In this document: piece after piece, positions 13,501 to 27,100 of the stretch | Numbering within the stretch: position 1 is the first letter of the stretch | Layout of the letters: every line of letters starts with the position of its first letter | Origin: Euglena gracilis | Taxonomy: Eukaryota | DNA: 64,000 nt | Direction of reading: 5' to 3' | NCBI GenBank assembly: GCA_039621445.1 | Contig: CP154954.1 | Location: 49,765,847 to 49,829,846, forward strand | Notes under the pieces: generated by a model | Told to the model about the DNA's origin: nothing | Databases searched by the model: none | The model's input: only the letters and a program-made list of their open reading frames with translations | Made by a program: the position numbers and the translations under genes

Positions 13501-16500
13501 GGGGTATTATTTGGGGGGGGGGGGGTTACCTGCTTCCACAGCAGAAACTCCACTTTTGTCATTTGCCTACAAAACAAACAAATTGATGAAAAATCCTTCA
13601 GGAGCTCACCCGGGATACACAGATTTCACCTTCTCCGCAAAAAAATTATGCAACCATATTTTAATATATTTTAATTAGATTTTGGGAAAATCATGATTCC
13701 AATCAGGGGTTTTTTTAAGACCGGGGGGGGAGGGGGGTCCCCCCACCCACCCGCCTTTGGCGCCGAAAAGTTTATCCCCCCCCCCTCCGGGGGGGACCGC
13801 TGGAGTGGGGGGGGGGGGAGGAGGGGCTCGGCAGGACCCCCCCGGGGGGGGGGTCTACGACTAAAAAAAAACCCCGATTCCACTTTGTTGGCCAAAAAGA
13901 ATCAAATATTGGGCCAAAATGAGGAAATGTGAAATATAATTTTCAACCAAAAAAAACTTCCGCTGAAAAAAATTGTAAAAAACCCACAAAACTTGCGAGC
14001 AAATGGGCGTTTGCGATCCCCCAGGGATGTATGGGAAACCTTGAGGTGCGTAGGACCCCCCTCAACCTCAAAACCGAAATGGGCCGGGAAAATTTTCGGT
14101 TTTTTTTTTGGGAAATGCAACAGGTCGGATACCAGGCCAAAATTGTTGGAAAACACCCGATTTTCCTTTGAAATAATCCAAAAATGCTCATTTTTCAAAT
14201 TTTCTTGAACACCTTTTCACGTGGAAAACACCAAAACATCAAAAAATGGGCGACATCTTCAAAAATGAGGCATAGGGTTTTATTGCTCATTTTCTGGAGC
14301 ACAATGCCAGAAGATTCGCCATTTTTGGAACCTGCTGAGGAGGGCGGGTGGGGGGGTCCGGACCCCCCTGCCAACATCCAGGGGAGGGTCCGGACAGGTT
14401 TTGTGTAGCGCTGAGCTCTTTAACTGCCCGATCGTGCCATGCAACCCACCCGGCCTGGCCCGGCCCGGCCTGGCCAGTGGCCCGGAACAGGCGCCCAGCT
14501 GGCCCTGGACGTCTGTATGGGTTGACAGAGGGTGACCAAGGCTTTATTTTAGGTCCCCAATGACTTCCTTCCATTCCCCACCATTTTGGAGATATATTGA
14601 AATTTTTCGATTTTTGACCCATACCGGCCCCAAAATGGCTCATCAGCTCATGGACGCACCGTGCTATGTGCACTCTTCCAAAAAGAAAATGGCGTTTTGG
14701 GTATGGGAAAAATGCGGTTGACATGGGGGGTGTTGTGGACCAGCCGCAGGCTTGTATGGGATGTATGTGGTAGGGATCGCTGAGCTCTTATCCCTTTATG
14801 GGAAAGAGCGAAGCTTACCCCTGACGAAACCCCCCATCCCCGCCCCCGCCCCCGCCCGGGTCGGGGCCACCTTGGGAACCGGCGGATTATCACCATGATC
14901 CCGGCCCGGTTCCCGAATTTTTTTTTCCAGTCGCGAGCGACTGGATTCCTAGTTTCCGAATCACCTGGGTTTGACCCCCAACTCCCCGCCAGGCCAGAGT
15001 TATTCACGCGCGAAGGGGTCTAAACTGGGTATGATCGGCCTGCCCCTTTTTTTTAAGGCCATTTCTGGCAAAAAAAATGTCAATTTCAAAATATCTCCAA
15101 AATGAAGCCAAATCAAAGGAAATGTCCGGAGACCTAAATTGAAGCCCCTGGAATGCCCCATCTACCGGTATTTTGATTTCCCCACAACTCCCCTCCTTGC
15201 CCGAGTTACGGCCATTTTCCCGCCAATTTGGGACATTTCGTACCCTTTTTCCACTGTCAGACTTTTCGGATAAAAAGTCGAAAAAAATGCAAAAACTCGA
15301 AAAACTTTTTTGCCCGAAACGATGTTTTTTGGCCCCCCGGACCCGGAAAAACTGTTTTTGAGCCGAAAACGATCGCTTTTCGACCCGCCAGCGCCCCGTT
15401 TTAGGCCGCCAACCCATTGACTTTGGGTCAAACCCGGGTCAAAAAAGTCGAAAAATCGAAAATTTTTTTTGCCTGAAACGATGTTTTTTTGGTGTCCCGG
15501 ACCCGAAAACCTGTTTAGGAGCCGAAAATGAGCGTTTTTTTGACCCGCCAGCCCGCCAGTGCCCCGTTTTGGGCCGCCAATCATTTTCGGGTAAAAAAAA
15601 TTGAAAAAATCGAAAAAAAATTCCCCGAAACGATGTTTTTTTTGCCTCCCAGACCCGGAAAAGGTGTTTTTTTTTGAGCCGAAAATGAGCGTTTTTTTGA
15701 CCCCCTGGCCTCCCGTTTCGGGCACAAAACCTTGCATTTCAGACCAAAGAGCTCCATGGGCTGGGCCGGTTTATATGGGGGGGGGTCAATGAAGGGGTGG
15801 GGGCACACTTATTCAGAGCTCAGCACTATTTAAAACCTGGTCCCCCCACCCCCCAAATTTCGGAAGGGGGACCTCCCACCCCCCTTTTCCTCCTCAGCGG
15901 GGGCAAAAAATAAAATCTTCCAGCACTTCGCGCCGGTTGTGTATCTTGAGGCTTAATATGAAAACCCAAAATTGGTCAAAAAATGGCCGTAACTCGTGCT
16001 AGGTGGGGGGTTCGGAGAAGAGGGAGGGGGGTGGGGGACCCCCCTCTTACCTCCAGTTTTCGGTCACCAAACTTTTCGCCGTTGAATGCAAAATTTCGGC
16101 CCTTATTTTGGGGGGTCAAAAAAACCAGTTTTTCTGAAATTTCTCAAAAATGGTGGGGAATCAAATGTCCAGAGACCTAACTTGAAGCCCTTTAAATGCC
16201 CCATCTGACCATATTTTGATCAATTGTTATATCTGACAAACAAATAACCAAACAAATAAGTGCAAACGTGAACCTCGTGTTGGAAACCCTGGGGAGAGCC
16301 CGCCCAACAATTGCGTGAAGGTCCCTCCCAGATGGATAAAGACGCAGCCAATTTCTCTTTGGTGAAACAATACAACACAGAGTCCAGAGCCTGCCGCAGG
16401 GTGCTCTCGCGTACATTTCCCCTTGAGGTAGTCCACGCCATGCCACTGCCCGGCACTGACGTTGGGAACACAAAACACCCCCTTTCAAACAGGTGGAATG

Positions 16501-16721
16501 GAAGGGATCAACAGAGCACCTCCCTTTTCTCCTCGCCTTGGGATACTGGGGGATTTAAACCCGCAGCGGACCAAACGCTGCCACCCACTCTGTGGGCACC
16601 CTTGGCCGACACCCCCCCACCGGGCGTCTTGGGCGGTGGCATGGGCCAGGCAGACGTTCAGCCCGGTGTCTGCCTTGGCCTTGCGGCCTCGCTTAGCCAT
16701 TGGACGAGTTGCAGGGGCCAT
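10560..16721 (-). CDS. Tandem CCCH zinc-finger protein, paralog D (208 aa, 7 exons, two transposon-derived introns)
   Basis: Exons 16647..16721, 16403..16433, 12863..13005, 12378..12457, 11800..11945, 10955..11006, 10560..10659 = 627 nt, open frame MAPATRPMAKRGRKAKADTGLNVCL|DYLKGKCTRE...LIDIFHDLDLVSC*. Both zinc fingers are intact after splicing. The acceptor at ~11945 has only 4 nt after CTG and is less certain. Confidence 0.8.
10665..10951. mobile_element. hAT-like MITE family 3 in the last exon of paralog D (predicted intron 10660-10954)
   Basis: Ends CAGGCTTCCTTTTA...TAAAAAGAAACCTG. TSD on the minus strand is GAGGTGCC / GGGGCGCC (6/8). Absent at this site in A, B and C. Confidence 0.85.
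13704..13876. mobile_element. Short MITE related to family 3, inside an intron of paralog D
   Basis: Ends CAGGGGTTTTTT...AAAAAACCCCG. TSD ATTCCAAT / ATTCCACT (7/8). Confidence 0.7.
16439..16643. mobile_element. Older TIR insertion in exon 1 of paralog D (predicted intron 16434-16646)
   Basis: 13-bp inverted ends CATGCCAC(C/T)GCCC. TSD on the minus strand is GCCTGGCC / GCGTGGAC (6/8; ancestral GCCTGGAC within the C-L-D codons). Absent in A, B and C. Confidence 0.8.
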
Positions 16722-18496
16722 TGTGCACAAACAAAAAGCTGGGTGTGAAAAATGGCAAAAAAAATGCACCCCCCCCCGGGTGCCTGGTCTGGCAGGCTTG
16801 AGGGCAAAACCGGGGGCCAACCACAAGGGGTACATTTGCATGTTATGAACTTCGCGGGTTCTGCACAAAATGGCCACAAAAAGCTACAAATGGGGCTAAA
16901 AGTTGCAAAATCAAGCCGAAAGCCAACGCTGGGGAGGCCAAGAATGCATCAAAGGGCGAGGGGGGGGAAACAACCAGTAAATACAAGCGTTGCTTCAATC
17001 TCCCAAAAAAAAATCTCGCTAAATCCCCAAAATCTGGGAGAATGACACAAATTACCTACCCATCGACCAGGCTACTCTTTAAAGACCCCGGGGGGTCCAC
17101 TGGCTAGCCATTTTGCTGGGCACTGGGAAAAATGGACTAGCTAGACCCCCCCCCCCCCCGGGGCTAGCAGGGCTAGCTAGGGGAAAATATTTCAACTGAC
17201 CGGCGCAAAGAGCCCCAAAAAATTTTTTTGGACGTCCAAAATTGGCCAAAAATGCCAGTTTTTGGCCATTTGGGTTTTTTTTTGAACAAAATCAGCCAAA
17301 AATGCATTTAAAATATCGTTTTTACCTCAGCCCACAGCGCTGGAGGAAAATTTTTTTCCAGTCGGGGGAACCCTGGCACACTCCCCCACCGGGGGAGGGG
17401 GTCTACTAGAATTTCCGCTGGCCAAATTTGGACCAGACCACTCCTCGATGTGTATCCAAGATACACAGGAATAGACAAATTTTCTTTTGGCGATACACAA
17501 GGGAACATAATTTTTTTTATGGTGATACACAGGGGAACACAAAATTTTTTTTGGTGATACACAAGATACACAAACATTTTTGTGGATACACAAATCCGAT
17601 TTCGGAATAGACAAAAAAAAACAAAAAATTGTGGGTTGATCTGTTGACACCATTGCCACAAAATTCTGTGGACATTGGCCCCGGCTCAACCCCAAATGTG
17701 GCAGGGAATCTCACCCTGCTACTGTGGTTGGGGGAGGGGCACCACTTCCTCGTGTGGCGTTTGCAGAGCCCTTGATACAATTGCCGCACCCATACCCTGG
17801 ATTTCCTGTTTTTTTTGTGTTTTGCTTTTTTGTTTTGTTTATTTTGTTTTTTATTATAATTTTTTATTTTGTTTTTTTGGGTTTTTTTCAAAACAGGTGC
17901 AAAAACCGACGAAATGGACAATAGGAAATCAACACGTGCTAGAGGCAGGCTCGCCAAATTGCCTCTGCATCATCCAACAAACGTCTCACGCCAGGAGGAA
18001 ATCCCATTCTGGCCATGTCTTCCAATATCAAAAATGGAAATGCTTCCTTGCTGCCGAAGCCTTCCTTTTGTAGAACTGGGAGCCACTGATTGAGAATGGG
18101 GTTGTGGCGATGTATTTCTGAAACTATGAGCAAACATAAATCACCTGATCATCAGAATTTTTCCACAGGTTTTTGCTCCGGGGGTAGTGGCACGGAAACC
18201 CTGATGGAGAACGATGCAGCAGACGTTGAAGCTTCAGAACCTTCAAGGGCGGAAGAGTTCGAAATCAAATCGCATTCATCAGAGGAACTGTCCTCCGTTT
18301 GGGACCCACTTTCTGATTCTGATGGTGAAAATCCCTCCGAGGAGGAATCCGCCTCAGCAGCACGGGACTGTCGCAGCTGCCGCTGTGCCGTCCCCCGCGG
18401 TCACAAGCATTGGCCATAACAAGTAAGCGGCGGCGCCAAGATCCTCGTCGCCACAGACGGAAATCCGCACCACCACTTCATCGGCAACACGGTTCC

Positions 18497-21400
18497 TCAA
18501 CCAAGGTTCTTTGGGTTTTGAGGTGGACTTACAAGCCCATGAAGCCCAATCATCAAACATCCAAGAAACCCTGTGCTGGACAGAGTTGAGCGTCGGGGAT
18601 GACAGACCGGCTTGACAATCGAGTTAAATGCAGGTTGTTGTGGCGCGGCATTTTCAAACGAGGACAAAATTTCTTCCAAATAAAAGTCGGTGCACAAAAA
18701 GCTGCTTGTTTTGCCGACAGACAAGGCGTAGGCGGAAAGGTTAGAGAGATGGTGGGTTAGAGGCGAACAAACAAACAGGAAGGCATGCATTCTGCAGCCT
18801 GTTGCAGCACATCTTGGAACAATATATCAAATGAGTGGGAACAAATTTACATCAGCCTGGTAGAGTTGCTCGCAATGTGTTTGGCTCAATGGAACTGTGC
18901 ATGACCTAGATGGGAGAATATGAAAATGAATGCAAATGAAAATGAAAATGAAAACGGCCACTCCATCTAAACCTGATCACAACTTGGTGGCGCAATCCAG
19001 AATCGGGGCAAAATATCATTAAAAAAAAAACGCAGAGTTAGGATACCTTGGTTGTTTGCCACTCTTTTGCCTGCAGACGACTGGCCGCGAACTCCCAGGC
19101 ATGCTTTGACGCAGTCAGCAACCGTTTTGAACAATGTTGGGAGCACCCCCCCCCCCATTGTGCTTGAGTGGAAAAAGAAAATGTAGTGAGGATTGCTGCC
19201 CAGCGCTCGTAAATCGCCATTCCTCCAACAAGCAAAACACTCTGCGATTTTTGAGAAGGCTTTCTGCCTTTTATGCTGTTTCTTTGCGAACTGAAATCGG
19301 GTCAAAAACTCTTGAAATGATTTCAAATTGTTCAACCAAGCGTGCGCTACCCATCTTTTCCAAAACACATAACGGGTTTGTTGAACCTTCTTTGAATTTC
19401 AACAATCGGTTGGAAGAAGCCGGCGCTTACCCTTGATTAACGTGAAAGCCCAAATCTCGGGCGACCCTCTGCAGCGCAGCCCATCGCTTGGTGGACATGC
19501 TGAACAGCTGTGAAATTGACAACAAAAATCAGCACTAAATGGGCTGACTGCTGGGCTTTGAGAGAAGCGAATTCAAGCGCTTCGACAAAGATCGGACCGA
19601 GAGGGCCTCCGGATCAGTCTGATCCGCCTTGGGAACACAGGTCACGTCAAAATCAACATGTTGCGTTCTTTGGGAGGCACAATACCATTGTATTACATTG
19701 GGTGCTTCTTGGCGGATATCCTTGTGCAAAGAGGACAGGAGAACTGATGCACCATCGACATAGAGAGCTACTAAATTGGCATCAAGCCAAGCACTGACGT
19801 TGACCTTTTCGAAAGCGGTGGTGATGGCCGTTTTAATGGCATTTGCATCCCTTCCCTCACCAACCATTTTTTCCACTCCGATAAAGCTTTGGAGCAGGCT
19901 TTTGCCACTGAATTTCCGGGCTGTCACAGAGGCCCATTGACCGCCGGCCTCCTTCACCTCATCCACCATAATGGCGCGCGACGAGGCCAGCGCCCACAAT
20001 TTCCGCAAATGCTCCCTAGCTGCATCCGCAAAGAATTTTGAGACCACTGGAGTGTATCGGGAGGCGTACCGCAAAATCGTACTCCACCACCCCATTGCTC
20101 TTTTGCAGCTCCAACAGTGGTCGGAGTATTGTGTTGGCAAAACCGTTCTTGGCCATGAACAAAACAGTGCAGAACATCACCTTACCTTTCGGAATCAAAG
20201 AATTCGGCAATGCGATGATCGCCTGGGGCATGGGCGCATTTGATCGATTGGATAAACCTTGTGCAGCAATATGGTATGCTCCATTCTCGTGTGATTTGAC
20301 ATTTCAGAATGAATACACTTTCGTTGGGAGAGCCAAAACATTTTTCTTTTTGCCACTGCCACTCACCTTGGGGTGTTGTCGAAAAGCATGGCACGTAGCA
20401 CACCACATTCCAATCGCTGGGTCAAAACCACTTTCGATTCGATTTCCAACTGGACTGAAACCTCTTCTCCTTTTTCTCTCTTACGTCCAGGCAATTTGAT
20501 TTTCTTGTTCGGTGGGGGGTTCAAAGAACTGGATGAATCTCCAGGGAGCGACTGGGAGCAGGCACCTATGGTCACTTCCCATTTTGGTGCTCTGGTCGGC
20601 CCTGGTCGGCCCTGGTCGGCCCTGGTCGGCCCTGGTCGGCCCTGGTCGGCAAATAGTCGGCCATAGGTGGGGGTATCGTCACAGGAAAAAAGATTGTGAA
20701 AAATGACCCAAAATTACCAAAAGGGCGTAAAATGGCCAAAATGCCATAAAATATGCTCACATTGACCCAAATTAGCCCAATATTTGCCAAACCAGTGACA
20801 AATGGCCCCCAAGTGAGCAAAAACTGATCCGTAATGGCCAAAATGGGTGTAAAACTGGATATTTGTGGGGAAATTATCCAAAAATGGGTTGAGTTATTCA
20901 AAATATACAATATACTGGCACAAAATGCTCAAAAATGGTCAAATTGGACCAAAAAGAGACCAAAAAAATGGGCAAAATAACAAAAAAAGGTCGAAAATGG
21001 CTTTAAATGGTCAAAAATGGCCCCAGAGCAGGACAAAATGGCCCAAAATTACAAGAAGTGCGCAAAAAGTGGCAAAAAATGGTCAAAATAGGTCGAAATT
21101 GGTGAATTATGGTGACAAATGGGCCAAAAGGGGACAAAAGCGACCTAAAGTGGCCAAAAGCGGCCAAAAGTAGCCAAAAGTGACAACATGAGCCAGACGA
21201 GCCAGAAAAATCTCAAAATCTGGGATAAAATTCCTCATTCTCACTGAAAAAATGACATCAATCAGAAAAAAAGTTGCACAGTCGGCTGCGGTCGGCTGCG
21301 GTCGGCTGCGGTCGGCTGCGGTCGGCAACCCACCTATGACAGTCCTGAAACCCGCGGTAACCCGCGGTCGATGCTGCCGGGCCAGCATCGTCCTGCATCG

Positions 21401-21726
21401 CCCAGCACCGCCCAGCATCATCAAAGGAGCTTGGTTCAGAGGGAAAGCTGCCTAAGTCCTTCATCCATTCCCCTTCGGTCGGCCAATCACATGCAAGTCG
21501 GCCCTGGTCGGCCCTGGTCGGCCCTGGTCGGCCCTGGTCGGAACCCCCACCTACGGGGGTCCTGAAAATCATAGTCGGCCCTGGTCGGCCCTGGTCGGCC
21601 CTGGTCGGCCCTGGTCGGCCCTGGTCGGCCATAGGTGCCTGACTGGGAGCTGCCACTGCTAGAAGAGTCCTCCGTCTCCGCTCGCTCCCAAGAGGAAATG
21701 AAAGAAGACAAGCACATTTGCTTCAT
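18497..21726 (-). pseudogene. Decayed hAT-superfamily transposase (ZNF862-like), interrupted by a family-1 MITE
   Basis: Fragments read across stops and frameshifts: MKQMCLSSFISS...; a TTF-type zinc-finger remnant (RFQSSW...MWCATC...KSHENGAYH); and a DDE core with IMVDEV, LYVDGASV and WYCASQR (the CxxH position). GATACAC subterminal repeats occur at 17450-17595 and 21765-21870. A probable left terminus CAGACC lies at 17434; the other terminus was not found. The 3' boundary is approximate. Confidence 0.75.
20559..21641. mobile_element. hAT-like MITE family 1, second copy, inserted in the 5' part of a transposase ORF
   Basis: Same TIR CAGGCACCTATGG and similar internal sequence to 43435-44327. 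Perfect 8-bp TSD ACTGGGAG (20551-20558 and 21642-21649). Confidence 0.93.
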
Positions 21727-23554
21727 GGCTGCGGAGGGGAGGACAATTACAAATAACAGAAAATGGGGATACACAGGAATGCTCAATTTTTTTTGGTGAT
21801 ACACAGGGGAAAACAAAATTTTTTATGGTGATACACAGGGGAACACAAATTTTTTTTGCCGATACACTCATATACTCGCAGTGTGTCCGAGGCGTCCGAG
21901 GCCGTTCGATGAGGCTTTTTTTAAGCCCCCCCTTCCTGAAGAGGGGGGCTTAAAACGTTTGAGCGGGCTCGAGCTTGAGCCTCCTGCTATGGTAACCCCC
22001 CATTGTCCACCAACCTGTCCCACGTATATCAAATCAAAAAGACCTGGTGCAGCTTGCGACTTGGCACACTTGAGATGCCCTCAGGACATTTGGCAGTAGA
22101 CCAATAAGATGCACTGCCACGTGACTCGTCGATAACCCCTGCACTCTCGCCTGGAACTGAATGGTGGAGGTTTGCGTGATACTTTAATGTGGCAACAGTG
22201 CGATTTTTAGCGCTTTGTTGCATCAGTGCATGGCGTTATCCAGGGTCCATTCCATGATCGCCCCCCCCCCCAAACCGCCCACCCACCCATGTAGGGTGTC
22301 CAGGCTTCCTGTGCAGCGCTCACAGCCATTCAACCCCCCCTCCAGCCTCCTTCAATGGTGCCGAGCCTCCCCCCCAAGTTGCCCCACAGCAATGCCAGGG
22401 ATCCGCCTGCTGCCATCGCTGTAGGACTCCCCCCCTTCCCCCTTTTCAATGGAGCCAATGCAGTGGAAACAGATACAAAAAGGGCGACCGCCACTCAGGA
22501 CAACGGTCCAGGGGGTAAGAGACAAACAGCCCTCCCGTGACGTGCTCATTGCGGCCTGCGGTGGACTCTCGGGGGAGCCCTTAATGGCAGCAGAGCAGGG
22601 ATTCCTCATCGGGGCCAACAAATTGTGTGGCGTTGCCTGAGTTGTTTGGCCCATCACGAGCACAGGGCAGTCCGTAAACAGCAAACAAATGCCGCCTCAC
22701 GTTCCATTGATGCACTAAAGCAAGGAAAAAATAGGCGAGAAACTCGACAATTCTCAAGCAGTCATTATCAGAAAAAAAACTGATTTTTGGCACCCTTGGA
22801 CCATTGCCCATGTACCCAAAATCGTCGTTAACTCAAAGAAATACCCGTCTCTTGAATTCCTGTGAGCTAGTAGGGTGCACAAAAGAAACAAACAAATGAA
22901 CGAACAATGCCCTCCAGTGGACACAAAACCAGGAAAACACCAAATGGTCACCTCAAGGGACAGGTAAAAATTGCACAGAGAAACATGCACAAAAAATGCA
23001 TGCAACTGCAAAAAAATGCAAAACAATGAAAATTCTTTCAAGAATAAGCAATATGAATCAGAAATCTAAAATCACAACTTGTGTTTCCAGTATATTTTTT
23101 GCTGAAAGAGAAAAAAGCAAAAAGCTCAAATATTGCTTTGTCATTCCCCCAAAAAGCGGGCAAAACCCCCGCAACTACAAAAAAAATTCTGTAGCAAAAA
23201 ATAACAACTGGCAAACAGCTCTTTGAAGATAATTTCAATGCACTCAACAGGGTCTCCACAGCAGACGTTTGGTCTATAAAAAAGAGAGCTATATTTTTTT
23301 ATAAAAAAAGCGACATATGTGACAAGATACTGATGGAAAAAAGGGGATATTGTTTGTCAAAATTCCATAGCAAGGGGAGTCCCGGATGTGAGATGAGCGA
23401 TCTGGTGAGCTGGAAACTTTCACAGTGCTGCAGAATAAAAATGCACAAAGAGGTCACTCGATATATTACTTTTATACGTTCAAAAAACAATATATCATAA
23501 TTCTCTCGCAAAAAAATAATAAATAATCTCGCAAAAAAAAACGACAACACCAAA

Positions 23555-23660
23555 TAATATATATATTATATTAATAATTATATTAATATATATATATATT
23601 AATATATATTATATTATATATATTATTACATTATATATATATTATATTAATAAAAATATA
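23555..23660. repeat. AT-rich (TA/TTA)n low-complexity tract
   Basis: Read directly from the sequence. Confidence 0.9.
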
Positions 23661-24034
23661 CCCTCTTTCGGAAATATTTACATTCATCGCACCCCCCGTC
23701 TAAAGACTTGTCTAGGGGTCTGTGATGTTTGTCCTTCGATGGGGGGGGCGTTGGATATGGGGTTCTGGCCAAAAAGGTGCCCTCCAACCGGGGTTGGTCG
23801 TTAGACGAGGGGCCCAAAAAAAGGGGTGGTCATTCATAGGAGGTTGGGTGGCCGGCGGTTGGGCCGCGGCCCAACCAGGAACAAATTTTAATGATAAAAC
23901 TTTCCACTGGTTGGGCCGCGGCATGCCGCGGCCGGCCGCGGCCCAACCAGATTACAGTCAGAATTAGTTTGGTTGGGCCGCGGCCGACCGTGACCCAACC
24001 CAAAAAAAGAAAAGGTTGGGTCGCGGTCGGCCGG

Positions 24035-24185
24035 CCCAACCCTAACCCTAACCCTAACCCTAACCCTAACCCCAACCCCAACCCCAACCCCAACCCCAAC
24101 CCCAACCCCAACCCAAACCGTAACCCTAACCTTAATCCTAACCCTATCCCTAACCCTAACCTTAAACCTAACCCTAACTCTAACC
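24035..24185. repeat. Interstitial telomere-like (CCCTAA/CCCCAA)n tract
   Basis: About 25 degenerate hexamers, embedded among GTTGGGCCGCGGCC palindromic repeats (23850-24035, 25108-25360). Confidence 0.85.
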
Positions 24186-27100
24186 CCCATCCGAGCCTCA
24201 AATGACAAAATCCCTTCTGTGTTGGCAACATACTCGGGGGCTAAGTCGTTTTTGTGGCTCACTTTGGCATAGGCGGGGGGGCTCCGCCCCCCCCCCCCCG
24301 CACCCCCCCCCTCGAATACCAAAATCCCTTCCATGTTGGCAATATACTTGGAGGGCTAAGTCTTTTTTTGTGCAAATTTTGACTTATATTGAAAATCCAA
24401 TGGGGAGAGGTGCTTTTGGGTTCGCTGGGAACGTTGTAGAGACCAATCTAACACCGTTGAGCGGGAAATAATCTGCTGTTTGGACAAGAATTGTAACCCT
24501 AACCCTACTCCTTCAAATAACCTCATAAACTCTGTTTGGCCACAGTGAAACGACATCATGAAATCCTTTGCCAGCAATAAAAAACTGAAAATTAAAAGAA
24601 TTAAAAAAAAGAATTAAAAAATAAATAAACCAAAGAATAAATAAAAACAACCAAAACACAAAAAAAAACAAAAGAAAAGTCATGTATAATGACATCATCT
24701 GGGGCGTGATAAATTGGCCCCTACAAGGTACCAGCTACCCCAAAGAGCCGCCCAACTAGGGCTAATACACATGGGGGGACCCTCGCTCGGCGCCTTCGGC
24801 GCCTCGCTTGGGTCCCCCCATGTTTTAAACCCTAGTTGGGCAGCTCTTTGGGTTCGCTGGGTACCTTGTAGAGACCAATCTAACAACGTTGAGCGGGAAA
24901 TATTCTGCTGTTTGGATAAAGATCGTAACCCTAACCCTACTCCTTCAAATAACTCATGAATTATTTTTGGCCACAGTGAAATACAATCAGGAAATTCTTT
25001 TGCAGTAATAAAAAAAATAAAAAATTAAAAATTAAAAAATAAATTAAAATTAAACAATAAATAAATAGAACGGTGGTTTGCAGAACAGTGCTCGGACAGT
25101 CATGGGAGGTTGGGTCGCGGTCGGCCGCGGCCGGCCGCGGCCGAACCACATCGATTTTTTGACGATAAAAAATTCGGTTGGTTGGGCCGCGGCCGGCCGC
25201 CCAACCCAAAAAAAAATTTGATTGGGCAGCGGCCGGCCGCGGCCCAACCAATTTAAAATTTTGAAAACCAAAATTCGCCGTGGTTGGGCCGCGGCATGCC
25301 GCGGCCCAACCAAAATTCTGTTTTGGTTGGGCGACGGCCGGCCGCGGCCGGCCGCGGCACCCACCTCCCACAGACCAACCTCCCGTGACATCCCACCCCC
25401 AAAAAAAGCCTGCGGTCTGACGGGGGACCAGGATTGCGGTGGGGGGGTTTGATAGACATAGGGGGGGGGGTTGTTGGACAAGGGGGGGCTCTATGATGAT
25501 CCGAGACAAAACTGTATTTGAAGATGGAAATGCAGTCAAAATTGTTCAGACATTCTGAAAACTGTCCACACAGAACACCAAACTTCACTCTTTGCCCCGT
25601 TCAATTCAGTTCAGAACAGCAGCAGCAGCAGCAGAAAAGAACGCAGGTCAACAAAAAGAGAGGCAGATTTCTAATTAAGAGGTTGCAGGTGCTGCTGTTG
25701 TGTTGGTGAAAATGGACCTCTGAAAAAAAAGCCAAAATATCATTGGAAAACATAGCTGGCGTTTTTTTGTGTTTCTTTTTTCAAAAAAAAATGCTTTTTT
25801 AAGAAAATGGTTAAATTCGGTGGTTTCTCAAGAACCACGGGGGGGAGTAAAGGGTAGCAACTGGCTGGCTGGAAAAAGGTGGCTTGAAAAAAGGTCCTGA
25901 CTGGACCCCACCAGGGGGTGGGGTGAAGGGGGTTACAAGGACGGATGCAGATACGGGAGTGGATGCAAATACTGAAGCAAGGCAGATGACATCTCCACAG
26001 ATGACACCTCCTCGAATGTCGTTAAAACACATCCGAGGAGGTTTGAAAGCATCCTCCTACGGAGCCTCCTCCTACTGTGCCCAACCCTGCCGACTCCCCT
26101 CCTCCCCTGGGGGTCCACTGATATAAAGTTTATGCAGGCCCGGCACAGCTGGGCAGAGTCAAAAATTTTTGAAAATGCACCCAAGAATGGCCGAAAATGG
26201 TGTTTTTTGAGGGTTTCTTGGGGATTGCACCCCAAAATTTTGGCTGAAAAACTACAAATCGGCAGGACTTGGCCGTTTCTGCCGAGCATTGGGTGCCATT
26301 TTGGGTGCCTGCATCCACTCTAATACTTCCAACAACTCAAATACCTGCATCCACCACATCCACTGCAATACCTCCATCCACTCCAGTACCGTACCAACCT
26401 CACACCCACTCCCATATCTACATTCACTCCATCCACTCCTGTTCTTGCATCCACTCCATCCGTCAATGGTACCTTGCCCCCCCCCTCATTCCAAAAGAAC
26501 ACCCCTGTCCAATGACGGACAAGGGCATCCTGACCATCTAAATTGTCACCAGACACTTTTTGTACACAATCGGTGAACACAAATGCTCAATGAACGTCCG
26601 GTCTGATGGCCACAATAATATTTGTTGGGTTGGGGGGGTACCAAATGCTGGGGGGACGCCCTTTCCCCCCCATACGCAGTGCTGTGCAGCGCCCTGGACT
26701 TTCAGCTGGTGGACGACGGGTATAAGAAGCCGGCACTGGCAGTGGAGCGGCTGAAGGGAGGGCTTGGCTGGAGGGTTGGGGGGGCTGACAAAGGCGGGGC
26801 TGCCCCAGTCCAATCGGTGCCCCGGACACACCGGACTCCAAATTGGCCGCCTCCACACATGGTGGCGGGACCGTCTGGTCACCTTGCTAATGGATGGGTC
26901 GAGGGCAGTGGCATTGGGAAAACATGGGTGGAAATCCCTGTGAAAGACTCAGGTGGGGTGCTTTGCTTGGGCCTGCCTGCCGAAAACGGCGGTGTGGCGG
27001 AACAGCAAACAGCTTTGGCAAAAAAAATTGCTTTTTTGATGGCCACATGGGAGGTGGAACACACAATCGTTTTGCGACTCCTGAAAACAAATGGCCCCCC

